Shown here: positions 8,702-10,458 of the stretch, one piece after another
How the letters are laid out: each line of letters starts with the position of its first letter
Numbering within the stretch: the first letter of the stretch is position 1
Source: Naegleria gruberi
Taxonomy: Eukaryota
Length of the DNA: 10,458 nucleotides
Strand: one strand, 5' to 3'
Assembly (NCBI GenBank): GCA_000004985.1
Contig: GG739024.1
Notes under the pieces: generated by a model
The model's input: the letters and a program-made list of their open reading frames with translations, nothing else
Told to the model about the DNA's origin: nothing
Database searches by the model: none
Translations under genes and position numbers: made by a program

Positions 8702-9409
8702 TTAAGTCCTCATTGCCTTCATAAAGTAATTTCTCCTCTCCTCAGTAATTGTGAATGGTTTTTCTAATTGCTCTGGTAATGCCTCTACCAGTGCTTGAAT
8801 GATTGGAAGGAGAACCTTATCAGATTCAATAGATTTCGGAATTTGAATTGAAGTTAGAACGGCTTTGTCATTCTTATCATCCACTTGTTGAATCATGGTT
8901 GCAATTACTGTAGAATATCCTCTCACCCTAACAAAAACAATTGTTTCCATATCAATATCACCCCCCTCAATATCCAAGAAAAAGCAATCAGGAAAACAGT
9001 TATTCATCTCGAAATAGTAAACATCATCATTGGCCACATACTTGTTGGTCTCACCAGAACTGAGCCACTTTCCCCAAGTTGACAACAATTGCTCATCTCG
9101 TTTTTCATACTTTGAAAGAGCTCTCGATACTTTCTTTTCTGCTATTGAGGATTTTTTATCCTCAGTTGATGTATTTGATGTATTTACAGGATCTTGTTCT
9201 TGTTTTGTTTGAATATGATGAGAGGATTTTTCTGCTGATAGTGATGATGACGAAGCTTGTTTTACCTCCTCCTTCTTTGCCTCGGTATGTTGCTTTTGAT
9301 CGTTCTTTGAAACACTCGATCTCAGCACCTTCTTTGGTTTTTCAGTGGAAATCCTTTGAGGTTCTTCAACATTCTTCAATTGCTTTTGTGTTGAACAGGC
9401 TGAACCCAT
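8702..9409 (-). CDS. Protein of 235 aa with an N-terminal dual-acylation motif (MGSACS: Gly2, Cys5, Ser6), a K/S/E-rich low-complexity linker and a C-terminal globular domain of about 120 aa of unrecognised family.
   Basis: Uninterrupted minus-strand ORF. ATG is the reverse complement of 9407..9409, in the context aaaagATGg. TAA stop is the reverse complement of 8702..8704, directly abutting gap 2. MGSACS fits the N-myristoyltransferase consensus M-G-x-x-x-S/T, with Cys5 available for palmitoylation (SH4-like). Residues 10-110 are basic/Ser-rich (KPKKVLRSSVSKNDQKQHTEAKKEEVKQASSSSLSAEKSS). The C-terminus has an alternating hydrophobic pattern (TIVFVRVRGYSTVIATMIQQ, VLLPIIQALVEALPEQL). All 14 Gln codons are CAA/CAG. 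Confidence 0.6.
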   Translation of the reverse strand: MGSACSTQKQLKNVEEPQRISTEKPKKVLRSSVSKNDQKQHTEAKKEEVKQASSSSLSAEKSSHHIQTKQEQDPVNTSNTSTEDKKSSIAEKKVSRALSKYEKRDEQLLSTWGKWLSSGETNKYVANDDVYYFEMNNCFPDCFFLDIEGGDIDMETIVFVRVRGYSTVIATMIQQVDDKNDKAVLTSIQIPKSIESDKVLLPIIQALVEALPEQLEKPFTITEERRNYFMKAMRT

Positions 9410-9718
9410 CTTTTCTAATATCTACGAATAACTTTGCAAAATACAACAGTGAACCTTTTTTTTTAAGCAGAGTGAGAGATGATGGCTAGTGAGTGTATTG
9501 AGGCAATTTTTTTAAAGTTCCTTCCGAGAAGTTGAACACTCTTTTGGTACTTCTGAACTCATTAAGAGAAATTTTTGACTGTACGTGTTCTTAAATTCCT
9601 TTTTGTTAAAGTAGTGTTGATGACGTATTGCTGGTGATGCTATTAAATATAATGGAGATGACAATTTTCTGAGTATAGTACTCAATTATGCCATCAGAAA
9701 GAGATTAATTATACATCA

Positions 9719-9728
9719 CCTATAAGGC
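9719..9728 (+). promoter_or_regulatory. TATA-like element (TATAAG) about 75-80 bp upstream of the EML start codon.
   Basis: tataaggctctcccgcc begins at 9721. Spacing to the ATG at 9801 is typical for yeast-like promoters. Sequence-only inference. Confidence 0.3.
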
Positions 9729-9800
9729 TCTCCCGCCAAAATTAGATGAACTTAAAGTACAAATATTTGAGCAGAGATAAAAACAACCAAACTGAAAAAA

Positions 9801-10090
9801 ATGTCTTCAAAACAAATCGATAAATACCCAAGGTTCTTGAAAACAACTCATCCACCTCCAAACTCATCGGGATTGATGGAATCAAATCCTGAGAAGCCAT
9901 TATCCAAGCTAAAGATTGAATATATTCATGGATGCTCAAAGAAGGGTTGTTATGGAAACGTGTTTCATGTTGATGATGAACAGCATTTAGTCTATCCTGC
10001 TGCTGGTTGTGGGGTAGTGCTTAATGTTGAGGATAACACTCAAAAGGTATTCTGCAAGCATGATGATGATGTTGTTGCTTTGGCTAAACA
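9801..10090 (+). CDS. EMAP-like (EML/EMAP family) microtubule-associated WD-repeat protein, exon 1. N-terminus plus the HELP motif.
   Basis: ATG in the context aaaaaaATGtct. IEYIHGCSKKGCYGNVFHVDDEQHLVYPAAGCGVVLNVEDNTQKVFCKHDDDVVALAK aligns to the EML HELP / first propeller blade consensus (..WVYGYRGRDCRNNLY.L..GEIVY..A.V.VLYNV....QR.Y.GH.DDI.CLA..). The exon ends at ..aaaca|GTATGT. Confidence 0.8.
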
Positions 10091-10144
10091 GTATGTTGTT
10101 GATATCAAATTGTTATATTATTGACACCCTATTATTAACAACAG
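10091..10144 (+). other. Spliceosomal intron of 54 nt, phase 2, within the EML gene.
   Basis: Donor GTATGT is at 10091. The acceptor ..tattaacaacAG ends at 10144, with a TAYTAAC-like branch sequence (tattaac) about 7 nt upstream of the AG. The track's in-frame TGA at 10122..10124 lies inside the intron. Splicing joins ..HDDDVVALAK to HPNGRYFASGQMGKDD, reproducing the conserved EML segment (..DDILCLAIHPDRV.VATGQVGKD). Confidence 0.7.
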
Positions 10145-10458
10145 TCCAAATGGTAGATACTTTGCTTCGGGGCAAATGGGAAAGGATGATATGATTTACA
10201 TTTGGGACAGTCACCAACCTGAGGCAGGTCCAATTAAGGCACTCAAAACAAACACCCAATTCAAAAATGGAGGTGTGTTAACTTGTTGCTTTTCAACCGA
10301 AGGATCCTTACTAGCCTGTGTTGGTGGTAGTCCTAAAATGAACATTATTTTAATTTATGATTGGAATAAGGGAACATGTCTTGCCAATGTGAAAGGAACT
10401 AATGAGGAAGTATATGCTTTATGTTTTTCAAAGAGATGACAATAATTTGACTTGTGTG
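10145..10458 (+). CDS. EML/EMAP-like protein, exon 2 (partial; continues beyond the window). WD blades. Contains an apparent +1 frameshift at the T5 run 10424..10428.
   Basis: (H)PNGRYFASGQMGKDDMIYIWDS..GGVLTCCFS..LLACVGGSPKMNIILIYDWNKGTCLANVKGTNEEVYALCF matches the EML segment HPD..ATGQ..VRVWDS..GVGCLDFS..HLCVIDDSNEHMLTVWDW..KTTNEVVLAVEF. After 10428 the homologous residues (QRDDNNLTCV, about HPTD.NTIITCG) are in the +1 frame. The frame-0 TGA at 10437..10439 is therefore not the true stop. Confidence 0.75.

Noticed and set aside
1444-8767. Very long 'ORFs' of 1250-3900 nt filled with X (1444..2694, 1448..2665, 4865..8767, 4930..8724, 4941..8705).
   Set aside because: They exist only because N runs contain no stop codons. 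They are assembly gaps, not coding sequence.
8885-9489. Plus-strand ORFs 8885..9082, 9030..9212 and 9079..9489, and minus-strand ORF 9742..9939.
   Set aside because: All lie antisense to, or overlap, the well-supported genes 8702..9409(-) and 9801..(+). Their translations are low-complexity. They are shadow ORFs.
10122-10124. TGA terminating ORF 9801..10124, taken as the end of a 107-aa EML-like protein, with a separate ORF at 10176..10439.
   Set aside because: The stop lies inside a GTATGT...AG intron (10091..10144). The flanking translations join seamlessly into the conserved EML sequence, so this is one gene.
1-10458. Ciliate-type nuclear code (TAA/TAG = Gln, only TGA stop), suggested by AT-richness and several ORFs ending in TGA.
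   Set aside because: The ORF at 8702..9409 contains 14 Gln codons, all CAA/CAG, and terminates cleanly at TAA. The genes at 1023..1456 and 4571..4942 also end at TAA with sensible C-termini. The standard code fits. TGA and TAA both act as stops.

Overview
This is an AT-rich eukaryotic nuclear scaffold fragment, not a prokaryotic locus. The genes are compact, mostly intronless, with A-rich Kozak contexts and poly(dA:dT) promoter tracts. It uses the standard genetic code and has yeast-like splice signals. About 47% of the window is unresolved: two runs of N (1457..2661, 1205 nt; 4988..8700, 3713 nt) are assembly gaps, and every 'X'-filled ORF on the track is an artefact of them. Six protein-coding genes or gene fragments are supportable. 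(1) A Sel1-repeat protein, 297..923 +. (2) A helical-repeat, TPR-like C-terminal fragment running into gap 1, 1023..1456 -. (3) A 181-aa hypothetical protein with a presequence-like N-terminus, 2696..3238 -. (4) A 123-aa small protein with a Roadblock/LC7-like pattern, 4571..4942 -. (5) A 235-aa protein whose N-terminus MGSACS is a textbook N-myristoylation plus palmitoylation motif, 8702..9409 -. (6) An EMAP-like (EML) WD-repeat gene, 9801..>10458 +, with a recognisable HELP motif. The EML gene has one 54-nt GTATGT...AG intron (10091..10144) and an apparent +1 frameshift inside a T5 homopolymer (10424..10428). The 1.25-kb stretch 3320..4570 is ORF-poor and carries short repeats and three tandem ATGATGAA-initiated mini-ORFs. 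No tRNA or rRNA gene is evident, and there is no CRISPR array, transposon or prokaryotic defence cassette. The most reviewable items are the EML intron and frameshift, the lipidated protein of unknown C-terminal fold, and the ORF-poor region.
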